This document shows positions 19,084 through 27,466 of a stretch of 64,000 bases of DNA, piece by piece; the stretch's first letter is position 1; each line of letters opens with the position of its first letter. The translations under genes were made by a program, and so were the position numbers. The DNA is from Candidatus Wildermuthbacteria bacterium (lineage in GTDB: Bacteria; Patescibacteriota; Minisyncoccia; Minisyncoccales; UBA10102). Under the pieces are notes generated by a model, which saw only the letters and a program-made list of their open reading frames with translations, was not told the origin of the DNA and ran no database searches. The stretch is taken from contig JACPMK010000002.1 of the NCBI GenBank assembly GCA_016186115.1, positions 8,983-72,982 on the forward strand, read 5' to 3'.

Positions 19084-20208
19084 ATGAAGGACTATTATAG
19101 AATTCTTGGAGTGTCGAAAGACGCTTCCGAAGAAGACATTAAAAGCGCGTACCGTAAATTGGCTCACAAATATCATCCCGACAAGGGAGGGGATGGGGAG
19201 CATTTTAAAGAAATCAACGAGGCGTACCATATTCTTTCTGATCGGGACAAACGCGCTCAATATGATCGTTTTGGCAGGGTGTTCGAAGGAGGGGAAGCAG
19301 GCGGAGCCCAAGGGCCCGGCTTTGGCGGTTTTCGATGGGCATGGGGAAGACCGGCCGCAGGAGCTGGCGCAGATGAAGAGAACATTCCCGAAGGGTTTGG
19401 TTTCGACGCACAGGATTTGGGCGATATTTTTGAAGAATTTTTCGGGGGGGGCGCTGCTCAAAAAACTGTCAGCCCGAAACAGGGCAAGGATATTGAAGTT
19501 GAAATAGAGATTCCTCTTGAGGCAGTTTTGAAGGGTCAGGAAGAAACCTTGGCGCTGCATAAATTTATTAAATGTGAGCGATGCCAAGGGGTGGGAGCGG
19601 AGCCGGGCACACAGGTGAAGGAATGTTTTTCTTGCCGGGGCACAGGAGAAGTTCAGCATATCAAGCGCACAGTCTTCGGTTCTTTTACAAGGGTAGCTCC
19701 TTGTCCTGAATGCGGGGGAGATGGGTTGCGGGCAGAGAAAGTATGTAATGTGTGCAAAGGAGAAGGACGCGTCAAAGGGACGGAAGAATGTAAGGTAGTG
19801 ATTCCTCTGGGCGTGGATAGTCATCAGATTCTTAAAATTGATAAAAGGGGAGACGCAGGGCGGAAAAAGGGTCCGAGCGGGGATTTATATCTTAAGATTT
19901 TTATAAAACCCCACTCTATCTTTGAAAGAAAGGGAGACAATCTTTATCTTGATATTTCTATCCCCTTTTCGCGAGCAGCATTGGGAGGAGAGGTTGAGGT
20001 CCCTACATTGGAGGGCACTGTAATTCTTTTGAAAATTCCATCCGGCACCGAATCGGGAAAGGTTCTTCGAGTTGCAGAAAAGGGCCTGCCTCATTTTGGC
20101 GGATGGGGAAGAGGGCATCTCTTTGTGCATTTGCATATCGAGACGCCAAAGAAAATTACAAAAGAGCAAAAAGCGCTTCTCGAAAAACTCCAGAAGGAGG
20201 GGTTGTAA
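19084..20208 (+). CDS. dnaJ: co-chaperone DnaJ
   Basis: 374 aa. J domain with HPD (KYHPDKGG), G/F-rich linker, four CxxCxGxG zinc-finger repeats. Confidence 0.95.
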   Translation: MKDYYRILGVSKDASEEDIKSAYRKLAHKYHPDKGGDGEHFKEINEAYHILSDRDKRAQYDRFGRVFEGGEAGGAQGPGFGGFRWAWGRPAAGAGADEENIPEGFGFDAQDLGDIFEEFFGGGAAQKTVSPKQGKDIEVEIEIPLEAVLKGQEETLALHKFIKCERCQGVGAEPGTQVKECFSCRGTGEVQHIKRTVFGSFTRVAPCPECGGDGLRAEKVCNVCKGEGRVKGTEECKVVIPLGVDSHQILKIDKRGDAGRKKGPSGDLYLKIFIKPHSIFERKGDNLYLDISIPFSRAALGGEVEVPTLEGTVILLKIPSGTESGKVLRVAEKGLPHFGGWGRGHLFVHLHIETPKKITKEQKALLEKLQKEGL

Positions 20209-20237
20209 AATCGGTTTATTTCATGTATCTTAAGAGG

Positions 20238-20260
20238 AGGGCAGAGCCCTTCTTATTTTT
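20238..20260 (+). terminator. weak intrinsic terminator after dnaJ
   Basis: AGGGC-AGA-GCCCT hairpin followed by TCTTATTTTT. Confidence 0.4.
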
Positions 20261-20267
20261 GTGATCC

Positions 20268-20327
20268 GCCCCGCTAGCTCAATTGGCAGATCCGCCCGCT
20301 TGCGGGCGGACTTTTAAGCCGTTGGTT
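20268..20327 (+). pseudogene. tRNA-Lys-derived 5' fragment (copy A) with a GC hairpin replacing the D-stem 3' strand and the anticodon-stem 5' strand
   Basis: GCCCCGC TA GCTC AATTGGCA GA is identical to the intact tRNA-Lys. Then a 20-nt hairpin TCCGCCCG-CTTG-CGGGCGGA, then CTTTTAAGCCGTTGGTT. It stops at the variable loop, 1 nt before the GIY-YIG ATG, with no T arm or 3' acceptor strand. Confidence 0.7.
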
Positions 20328-20328
20328 T

Positions 20329-20589
20329 ATGAAGTACACTGTATACGTAGTCAGGAACAGGGAACGAAACAAAATATACATTGGATACACGAGCAATCTT
20401 ATAAAAAGATTAGCAAGACACAATAAAGAATTACCCGGTAAGAAAAGTTCATTCACAAGTAAGATGAACGGCCACTGGGAAGTCGCGTATTCGGAGGATC
20501 ACAGTACCATAGAAGAAGCAATGGCAAGAGAAAAGTATTTGAAAAGTTATCGAGGTAGAGCGTTTATAAAGAAAATTATCGGACAGTAG
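20329..20589 (+). CDS. small GIY-YIG nuclease-family protein (UPF0213/YhbQ-like)
   Basis: 86 aa. YVVRN..KIYIGYTSNLIKRLARH (GIY-YIG and Arg) plus a downstream Glu (EEAMAREKYLK). No SD; the ATG abuts the tRNA-like fragment. Confidence 0.75.
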   Translation: MKYTVYVVRNRERNKIYIGYTSNLIKRLARHNKELPGKKSSFTSKMNGHWEVAYSEDHSTIEEAMAREKYLKSYRGRAFIKKIIGQ

Positions 20590-20593
20590 TAAT

Positions 20594-20666
20594 GCCCCGC
20601 TAGCTCAATTGGCAGAGCATCGGCCTTTTAAGCCGTTGGTTGCGCGTTCGAGTCGCGCGCGGGGCA
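20594..20666 (+). tRNA. tRNA-Lys (anticodon UUU)
   Basis: Manual cloverleaf. Acceptor GCCCCGC/GCGGGGC; D arm GCTC-AATTGGCA-GAGC; anticodon arm TCGGC-CTTTTAA-GCCGT; variable loop TGGTT; T arm GCGCG-TTCGAGT-CGCGC; discriminator A. CCA is not encoded. Confidence 0.9.
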
Positions 20667-20673
20667 CTCATCA

Positions 20674-20751
20674 TAGCTCAATTGGCAGATCCGCCCGCTT
20701 GCGGGCGGACTTTTAAGCCGTTGGTTGCGCGTTCGAGTCGCGCGCGGGGCA
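20674..20751 (+). pseudogene. tRNA-Lys-derived copy C (hairpin variant) lacking the 5' acceptor strand
   Basis: Positions 20674-20726 are identical to 20275-20327 (a 53-nt direct repeat including the GC hairpin). An intact T arm and 3' acceptor GCGGGGC-A follow. Preceded by CTCATCA instead of GCCCCGC. Confidence 0.7.
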
Positions 20752-20870
20752 CCCTTCGACTCCGCTCAAGGTAAACTTCTACAAGACATGCTTAGCCTGT
20801 CTATTCTATTTGACGGATGGGGTTGGTCTGATGTAAGTTAAAGTAACCTATCAAAAAGGGGGGACAAAAG

Positions 20871-21077
20871 ATGTATCCCACAGCCGTAGAGAGAGATTTT
20901 AGAGTTCTTGAGAAAGCTGCGCACAGTAGCAAAATTTCTGTGCAAGAGGCAAGTGGGGCATTGATCTGTCATGCCCATCGTAGGGCTGGTGGGGATGTGG
21001 ACGAATCAATCCTCGCCCTCGAGGGATTGGGATTGATCAAGAGGGAGGGGAATACTTTGGTGCTCAATGGAAAATAG
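20871..21077 (+). CDS. small hypothetical protein (possible winged-helix)
   Basis: 68 aa. AAAAGGGGGG SD upstream and a terminator downstream. The ending LALEGLGLIKREGNTLVLNGK resembles a wHTH wing. Confidence 0.5.
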   Translation: MYPTAVERDFRVLEKAAHSSKISVQEASGALICHAHRRAGGDVDESILALEGLGLIKREGNTLVLNGK

Positions 21078-21102
21078 TTGAGATCTTTGGAGAGTGTTTC
21101 GG

Positions 21103-21139
21103 GGGCTGGCCACAAATAGTGACCAGCCCTCTTTTTATT
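21103..21139 (+). terminator. intrinsic terminator
   Basis: GGGCTGG/CCAGCCC stem followed by TCTTTTTATT. Confidence 0.65.
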
Positions 21140-21264
21140 GAAGAGCATACTATTTGTTCAGCTTGCAAAGGTTGTTGGGATACGATAATCTGTACGCTGA
21201 CTGCTCAACTAATCCTTGGAAGGTCGCAGGAGCAGAGAATTACTTAATAAGATATGTAGTGTTC

Positions 21265-23076
21265 ATGACGTACTCGTCCATACTTCGTATGGCCATGCGA
21301 ATTTTTCTTGTGGCCGTGATCGTTATTTCCACGTTCGTAACTTCGATTGTCGGCTCTTATTTGAGAGCTCGAACAGATCAAAATGAAGAAAATACTGTGC
21401 ATGCGCAATCAAGCGTTAATGTGTGGTGGCCTGTTCCCAATGTAAAAGTAGGGGGCGTGCAGCCATTCAAAGCAATGATTTCTGGGCAGGATGTCAATTC
21501 CTATGATATGTATTGGCAGGTAGATGGAGATCGGTTGAACTCGATGCATACCAGCTATACTGATTATCCGCATAAGGAAGCGATGGTTGATCTCTCTGGC
21601 TGGAATTGGCGGGGAGCAGGGCCCTATACCATTGCGTTTATCGCAAAGGATCGGGCAAATAACACTATTGCCCAGAGTTCTTTTGTCATCTACACTTCTT
21701 CTCCAACTCCGAAAAAAAGTTATGTTCTGACATCCTTGTGGCCAGTTGATGGTTCGCGTATCGTGGGATCGCAACTTTTTAAGGCCGTTATCGAAGATAA
21801 GTCCATCGAAGAATATCATATATATTGGCAGGTGGATGGTGACCGGTTGAATCCCATGGAGAACAGCTATACGGGTTTTCCCCACAAAGAAACAGTGATA
21901 GAGCTTTCGGGCTGGACATGGCGAGGTGAGGGACCATATCGGATAACTTTTGTCGCCAAAGATAACAGCCAGAACGAGCTTGCGAGAAAGGATATGGCGA
22001 TTTATGTGCCGAGATCGATACCAACTCCAACGCCAGTTCCTGTTTCTGTGTCTATGCCAGTAGCTACTTCCATATTCTCGCCGACCCCAACCGTAGTCCC
22101 AACCCCGATTCAAATCTCGATTCCAACTCCTTCTTTGGCTTCTGTTTCAAGCCAACCTTCTTCTGTGTCAGAAAATCTTTCTTTGCCTATTGCTCAAGCG
22201 CAATCTTCCTCTGCTTTCTATGTGGATCCAAATTCTTCTGCAAAAAAACAAGCTGATATGTGGAGATGGACGAGGCCAGACGATGCGCGTTTGATGAATC
22301 TTATAGCATCGCAACCAGTTGCAAAATGGGTGGGGGATTGGAATAGCGATATTCGCAAAGAGGCGCAGGAATACACAAACAAGGCAACGGAAACAAATAC
22401 CATTCCAATCTTCGCGGTGTACAATGTTCCGGGAAGGGATTGTAGTAACTATTCTGCAGGAGGCGCGCAAACTGCTGAAAAGTACAAGAATTGGATTAAT
22501 GCTTTTGCTTCGGGAATCGGTGATCAAAAAGCCACCGTGATTCTTGAGCCAGATGCCTTGGCTTTGATGGATTGTTTGTCGTCCCAGGCAAAACAGGTGC
22601 GATTCGACCTGATTGCTTATGCGGTGAGCAAGCTCAAGGCAAACGGAAAGACAAAGGTATATGTTGATGCAGGCCATGCGAAGTGGATTGCATCAACAGA
22701 AATGGCCGAGCGTTTGCAGAAAGCGGGCATTCAGCAGGCAGATGGATTTGCTTTGAATGTTTCAAATTTCTACAGTAATGAAGAAAACGTGAGATACGGA
22801 GAAGAGGTTTCGCGGAATACCGGCGGGAAACACTTTGTGATTGACTCGAGCAGAAATGGAGTTGGGGCGTTGGCTGATTTGGCATGGTGCAATCCTCAAG
22901 GCCGGGCTCTTGGAACCCGACCAACCGTCAATACCGGCCATTCATTATTGGATGCTTATCTCTGGGTTAAGGTACCGGGAGAGTCCGACGGCCCTTGCAA
23001 CGGAGGGCCTTCGGCAGGCCAGTGGTGGCCGGAGTACGCGCTTGATCTTGCCCGCAAGTACATTACTAGAGATTGA
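21265..23076 (+). CDS. secreted/anchored glycoside hydrolase family 6 (GH6) protein with two N-terminal tandem beta-sandwich-like repeats
   Basis: GH6 signatures AVYNVPGRDC and TVILEPDALA. N-terminal TM anchor, two ~95-aa repeats (..YWQVDGDRLN..PHKE..LSGW.WRG.GPY.I.F.AKD..), Pro/Thr/Ser linker. The ORF is open from TTG 21154; I place the start at ATG 21265, which is uncertain. Confidence 0.85.
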   Translation: MTYSSILRMAMRIFLVAVIVISTFVTSIVGSYLRARTDQNEENTVHAQSSVNVWWPVPNVKVGGVQPFKAMISGQDVNSYDMYWQVDGDRLNSMHTSYTDYPHKEAMVDLSGWNWRGAGPYTIAFIAKDRANNTIAQSSFVIYTSSPTPKKSYVLTSLWPVDGSRIVGSQLFKAVIEDKSIEEYHIYWQVDGDRLNPMENSYTGFPHKETVIELSGWTWRGEGPYRITFVAKDNSQNELARKDMAIYVPRSIPTPTPVPVSVSMPVATSIFSPTPTVVPTPIQISIPTPSLASVSSQPSSVSENLSLPIAQAQSSSAFYVDPNSSAKKQADMWRWTRPDDARLMNLIASQPVAKWVGDWNSDIRKEAQEYTNKATETNTIPIFAVYNVPGRDCSNYSAGGAQTAEKYKNWINAFASGIGDQKATVILEPDALALMDCLSSQAKQVRFDLIAYAVSKLKANGKTKVYVDAGHAKWIASTEMAERLQKAGIQQADGFALNVSNFYSNEENVRYGEEVSRNTGGKHFVIDSSRNGVGALADLAWCNPQGRALGTRPTVNTGHSLLDAYLWVKVPGESDGPCNGGPSAGQWWPEYALDLARKYITRD

Positions 23077-24571
23077 GATCGGGCGTATCGTAACGCAGGC
23101 GATAGACCGAAAGAGTCAAGCCCGGAGAAAACTGACGGGTTTCCAGTCGCTCAAAGCGCGTATCGAAATACATCTTGATCTTTTCTTTGTAGCCCTGATC
23201 GTAGCTAAGCAAAAGCCATGCCTTCTGATGATGATCGCCTAGTTGGCGCACTTGATCGGGTAAGGCGGATTCATCGAACGGAGGAATTGGCCCTCTCTGA
23301 TAGCGATCCCAGATAGGCAGGGTCGCTATTTGAGTTGGGCCGTCGTAGTAATAAAGTATTGGATAAATGGTAAAAGGCGCAGAAAGAATAATGATGTCTT
23401 GGGGAGCGGCATTCTGTAGAAGATACGCGCTTACTGTTTTGTAATCCTCCCGTTCAGGATTTCTCGCATTAGTCACTTCGAATAGAAGAGACCCAATCAT
23501 GAGGGCAATAAGAGTGATCTGTAAAAATGTTGCGATTTTGGAAGGGTATACAAAAAAGAGCCACGAAATCAGGAGATACAGCGACGGAACGGTAAAAATA
23601 AGATATCGGCTTAAAAACGCCGGTTGCAGAGTGATGCTGACGAGAAAGAGGAGAAGGACAGGAACAAAGAGAGTAACTAAAAAGTATGTAGCTTCCAAAG
23701 AAATTTTTCGATTTTTTTGAATGGCAAGAAATCCAAACAGCGTGGTCATGGGCCAGAGGGACAGGATGATCGTGTTGAAATGTGTAGTTTGAAATCCAAA
23801 CAAAAATTGAGAAAAAGCGTTGAGAAGATCAATGCTTGTGGGAGAGGCGAGATGGGGCACGGCATTTGGTGAGGATTCGTTCATAACGATATAGAATATC
23901 CATGGGCTGAATACGATGCCAAGAAGCAGAGACACAATAAAAAAATTGCGAATGGCGGCAAAAGAAATTTGCTTGCGTTGAAAAAAAGCGAATGCCCACT
24001 GGCTGCAGAGTAAAAGAAAGTAGAGGTAGTGAGTGAAAATTCCAAAAAGAGAAACAAAAAAATATCCTGTCCATACCAGCCATCCTGTTTGATTCCGAAG
24101 AATCTTGAGGAAGAAATAATGGGAAAGTATCGCAAGAAGAGTGAGAAGCGTGTACATTCGAATCTCGTTGCCGAACCAATTCATAAATGGCGAGACCGCA
24201 AAAAGAATTGCTGCATATAATCCAACCGAGGAATTATAAGCAGATCTTCCCAAGAGAAAAAGAGCGGGAATTCCCAAGGCGAAAAAGATAAGCGACAGCA
24301 TCCTTGCTTGTTCAAGACCTTCTCCCATAAGGATTTGCCAATAATGCAAAATCAGATGGTAGAGAGGCACGTGAACATCTTCAGAAACAATCTGAAGAAT
24401 TTTGAGAGGGCTGTGATATGCCTGCCATAAACTTTGAGCTTCATCGAGCCGAAGGCCTTGCTGGGAGAAAAGAAAAAAAGAGAGCCCTGCTACGAAGAGG
24501 ATGAGCAGGAGAAGAATTTCTCCGATGGGCATCGCGTCTTGTTCAAAAGAAGGGCGTTGCTGGTTGTTCAT
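23066..24571 (-). CDS. GT-C fold membrane glycosyltransferase (GT39/PMT_2-like), third paralog
   Basis: 501 aa, polytopic. First-loop motif GLRLDEAQSLW. 4-nt overlap with the upstream GT2 stop. Its 3' end overlaps the GH6 3' end by 11 nt (convergent genes). Confidence 0.65.
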   Translation of the reverse strand: MNNQQRPSFEQDAMPIGEILLLLILFVAGLSFFLFSQQGLRLDEAQSLWQAYHSPLKILQIVSEDVHVPLYHLILHYWQILMGEGLEQARMLSLIFFALGIPALFLLGRSAYNSSVGLYAAILFAVSPFMNWFGNEIRMYTLLTLLAILSHYFFLKILRNQTGWLVWTGYFFVSLFGIFTHYLYFLLLCSQWAFAFFQRKQISFAAIRNFFIVSLLLGIVFSPWIFYIVMNESSPNAVPHLASPTSIDLLNAFSQFLFGFQTTHFNTIILSLWPMTTLFGFLAIQKNRKISLEATYFLVTLFVPVLLLFLVSITLQPAFLSRYLIFTVPSLYLLISWLFFVYPSKIATFLQITLIALMIGSLLFEVTNARNPEREDYKTVSAYLLQNAAPQDIIILSAPFTIYPILYYYDGPTQIATLPIWDRYQRGPIPPFDESALPDQVRQLGDHHQKAWLLLSYDQGYKEKIKMYFDTRFERLETRQFSPGLTLSVYRLRYDTPDLNL

Positions 24572-26196
24572 AGAATATGTTCTTTTTGCGGCTGCGGGGA
24601 AAGTTCAATGGATTCTTCTCTGGGAATCTCCGCGACAGGAAGAGAAACGTGTTCGGGAGCCGCTGCTTTAATAAATGGGGTAAAAAGCGCAATATAAATA
24701 AATGCCCATGCGGTATTGGTTATGAAAGAAGCACTGATTCCCTCTCGGAGAATTCCTACTCCTATCCCAATAACCACAAGCGCAATATACGCCATATGGG
24801 GTACTACAAGGTAGAGAAAATTTCCATAAATTTGGGTTTTCGAAGTGATCACAAATCCTCCTCTTTTTTTAAAAAGATATTCAAGCAATGCTTGCACATG
24901 GATACTCCATGAACTAAGGGAAAATGCCAGTGCACGGAAGGTGTATGAAAAATTACTTGCATTTTGGAGATTGTAAAGCGTAAGAAAGATATATGGAATA
25001 AATATAATCGCCAAACTCACCGTAGAGATGACAAATGGCACGAGCCCCGTATAAAAGTAGAAAATGGGAATGAGGGCACTTAAAAGAAAGGCAACTCCTG
25101 AAAAATAGAAGGTTGCCGATGCGAGGTATTGAATTTTTTGCGCAAGAGTGAGTCCTTTTTGCAAAAGAGGATTACGCTTGAAAAGGAGTTCGATACTCCC
25201 CCTTGCCCATCGCAGTTGCTGATTATAATAGGAAAGAAAGTCCTGCGGAGCCAACCCTTCCGCAAGAACCTTAGGGATATAGACCGATTTCCAGCCGTGT
25301 TCGTGGATGAGCATTCCGGTAACGACATCTTCTGCGACATTATTGATAACCATTCCCCCTATTTCCTCGATTGCCGTTCTGCGGAGTACCATGTTGGTCC
25401 CGCACATGATGGCCGAGTTCTGGCGGTTTTTCCCCCGGCAGATTGCTCCGAAAAATAGTTCCTGCTGTTCCCAGGCAGCCCCGGTCACGAGATTTTGTTT
25501 ATGATTTTTGTAGTATTGGGGCGTTTGCACAAAGCCAACTTTCCAATCTGCAAAATAGGGCATTGTGACCTTGAGAAAATCAACATGGGGCACATGGTCA
25601 GCATCGAACACCGCAATGAAGTTGCTCGTTGTTTCTTTTAGGGCGTGGTTGATGTTTCCCGCTTTGGCTCCCCCCGGAATTTTTCTGGTAATACAAGCGA
25701 CACCGTATCGAAGCGCCAATTCTTCGATTTCTCTCCAATTTTCTTTCCCGGCGACATACCCGTCATTTAGGATGAAGATCTTAAAACGCGGGTAATGCAT
25801 CGCGAGTGCTCCTTTGAGAGTTTCCTCTACAACGCCAGCCGGTTCTCCTGCCACCGGAATAAAAACATCAACCTTTGGGAAGAATAATTTTGTGATCGGC
25901 TGATCGGTCTCATCTTTGATTCCCCACACCGTATAGATAAAAGTGAATGTTTGCCAAAGATAAAATATTTGTCCCGTAATAAGAATGGCGTATAAATAGA
26001 TGTTTCCTGTTTCAAACCAAAACGCAAGCAACCCAAAATGGAGCAACGCCAAAGTGCCGTTGACAACCAAAAGCACGACCGATGTCCGTGCTTTTAGGGA
26101 TTTTGTTGCGTTGTTTGGTTGAGAGAAAGATTGTCTTGCCATATGGAGGAAAATATATTGGGAAGAGCTTTGTGATAGAGCGCAATGCCGAACCAT
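24568..26196 (-). CDS. processive family-2 glycosyltransferase, cellulose synthase (BcsA/CelA)-like, no PilZ domain
   Basis: GT2 motifs DADHVP, QTPQYY, CGTNMVLRR and QQLRWARGSIE (QxxRW), with TM helices on both sides. Start uncertain (ATG at 26196 or 26142). Overlaps the GH8 gene's end. Confidence 0.85.
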   Translation of the reverse strand: MVRHCALSQSSSQYIFLHMARQSFSQPNNATKSLKARTSVVLLVVNGTLALLHFGLLAFWFETGNIYLYAILITGQIFYLWQTFTFIYTVWGIKDETDQPITKLFFPKVDVFIPVAGEPAGVVEETLKGALAMHYPRFKIFILNDGYVAGKENWREIEELALRYGVACITRKIPGGAKAGNINHALKETTSNFIAVFDADHVPHVDFLKVTMPYFADWKVGFVQTPQYYKNHKQNLVTGAAWEQQELFFGAICRGKNRQNSAIMCGTNMVLRRTAIEEIGGMVINNVAEDVVTGMLIHEHGWKSVYIPKVLAEGLAPQDFLSYYNQQLRWARGSIELLFKRNPLLQKGLTLAQKIQYLASATFYFSGVAFLLSALIPIFYFYTGLVPFVISTVSLAIIFIPYIFLTLYNLQNASNFSYTFRALAFSLSSWSIHVQALLEYLFKKRGGFVITSKTQIYGNFLYLVVPHMAYIALVVIGIGVGILREGISASFITNTAWAFIYIALFTPFIKAAAPEHVSLPVAEIPREESIELSPQPQKEHIL

Positions 26197-27356
26197 GCCC
26201 AGTTGTCATCATAATAAGAGAGCGTGCCTTTCCATGTTTCACTGTCTGGGTTGTACAGAGTTTTCAATTTTCGTTCGTAGATTATTTTTGCCTGTTCGGG
26301 TTTTTGCACGAGAAAATATCCTATGTTTGCGCCGTAGAATGCCGGGGTCTCGTAAGGCGATACAATTTTCCCGTCATGGGTATAGGATGTAGCAAGAAAG
26401 CCATTCTGTTCCCACTGTTGATTCAAGAATACTAATTTCGTTAGGATATCTTTTGCTTTCTGGTCTTGGAACCATTCCCAATCCAGTGCAATTCTCCATG
26501 GAATTCTCATGGCATCAAAACTGTAATGAGTCGTAAGTTGTGACGTAGAAGGGGAGAGGATGTTTCCGGTTTGCCGGTCGATCAGAATCCAATCCGGAGG
26601 AAGAGAAGAGCTTGTTTGACTATTGAGTGGAGATTGCATGCTTTGCTCGAGCACGTCATAAGCACTATTCACGAGCGCCATCCAGTCGTGTTCCTGATCT
26701 ACAATGCTGAAGATCCGGTAGGCATAAGGCGCAAAGTAGGAAGGATTTACCACAATGGTTGGTTCCAGCTTATCTTTCTCGGTATCATTTGAGACGAGAA
26801 AAGGTTTTTCTTGAATCGTCACCACTTCTTTTTCCCAGATGTCAGAGATAATGGGTTTTGCATCTTGGAGATACTTGGGATCAAGCCATCGCGCATAGGC
26901 AAAGAGCAGAGAAAGAGCAATATCGGTGTCTCCATCGGTGGCAGTATTTTGCCCGCCGGTTTCAGTAATAATTCCATACGATCCATCTGCTCGCTTTCCG
27001 AAAAGCCAAGAAAATAGGTGATCTTCCTCCCGCTGGAGGTTATCTTTGGTCCATTGCCAGCTTCGATCAAATGTCTCTTTGTCATCCTCCCATACGGCAC
27101 GGAGCATGGTATAGCTTTGTCCTTCGGAAGTGGTGATGTTGCCCCTCGATTTGTCGAGTGTTCTCCATGTTCCCGGCTCCAAGTATTCTTGTTTGTATGC
27201 CCGCCATAAAGAATTCAGCATGAGCTTTTCTGAAAAAATCAGTGGCGCCTCCCTCTCTCTGATCTGTATGAAGACAATAGAAGCGGCTCCAATAATTCCT
27301 GCGCAGAGTAAAAATAATAATACGACCTTTTGTTTGGACGTCATAGAAATATTCAC
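26094..27356 (-). CDS. glycoside hydrolase family 8 endoglucanase (BcsZ-like)
   Basis: 420 aa. Signal/TM N-terminus and GH8 landmarks TSEGQSYTMLRAVW and ATDGDTDIALSLLFA. Confidence 0.85.
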   Translation of the reverse strand: MNISMTSKQKVVLLFLLCAGIIGAASIVFIQIREREAPLIFSEKLMLNSLWRAYKQEYLEPGTWRTLDKSRGNITTSEGQSYTMLRAVWEDDKETFDRSWQWTKDNLQREEDHLFSWLFGKRADGSYGIITETGGQNTATDGDTDIALSLLFAYARWLDPKYLQDAKPIISDIWEKEVVTIQEKPFLVSNDTEKDKLEPTIVVNPSYFAPYAYRIFSIVDQEHDWMALVNSAYDVLEQSMQSPLNSQTSSSLPPDWILIDRQTGNILSPSTSQLTTHYSFDAMRIPWRIALDWEWFQDQKAKDILTKLVFLNQQWEQNGFLATSYTHDGKIVSPYETPAFYGANIGYFLVQKPEQAKIIYERKLKTLYNPDSETWKGTLSYYDDNWAWFGIALYHKALPNIFSSIWQDNLSLNQTTQQNP

Positions 27357-27431
27357 TTGATAAATTTTATGTCCTTAACAAAGGACGTTTCTTGACAATG
27401 TGAACTTACAACAGAGCTATTGCGCGAGCTA

Positions 27432-27460
27432 TTGACAAAATCAAAATTATATGCTAATAT
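27432..27460 (+). promoter_or_regulatory. sigma70-like promoter (TTGACA-17-TAATAT) preceded by a direct repeat GAGCTATTG-CGC-GAGCTATTG
   Basis: TTGACA at 27432-27437, a 17-nt spacer, TAATAT at 27455-27460. The 9-nt direct repeats lie at 27414-27422 and 27426-27434, and the second overlaps the -35 box. Confidence 0.6.
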
Positions 27461-27466
27461 TGAGGT

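Noticed and set aside
18994-19824. 276-aa minus-strand ORF antisense to dnaJ.
   Set aside because: It lies entirely within the well-supported dnaJ CDS. It is a mirror-frame artefact with low-complexity, Cys/Phe/Arg-rich composition.
20752-20783. TTCGACTCCGCTCAAGG after the tRNA block, considered as a tRNA 3'-end fragment or att-site remnant of an integrated element.
   Set aside because: Only a T-loop-like heptamer matches. No T-stem partner, acceptor strand, integrase or second att copy is visible, so the evidence is too thin.
21409-22113. 234-aa minus-strand ORF antisense to the GH6 gene.
   Set aside because: It lies inside a CDS with clear GH6 signatures and a repeat structure. Its W/R/H-rich composition is not protein-like.
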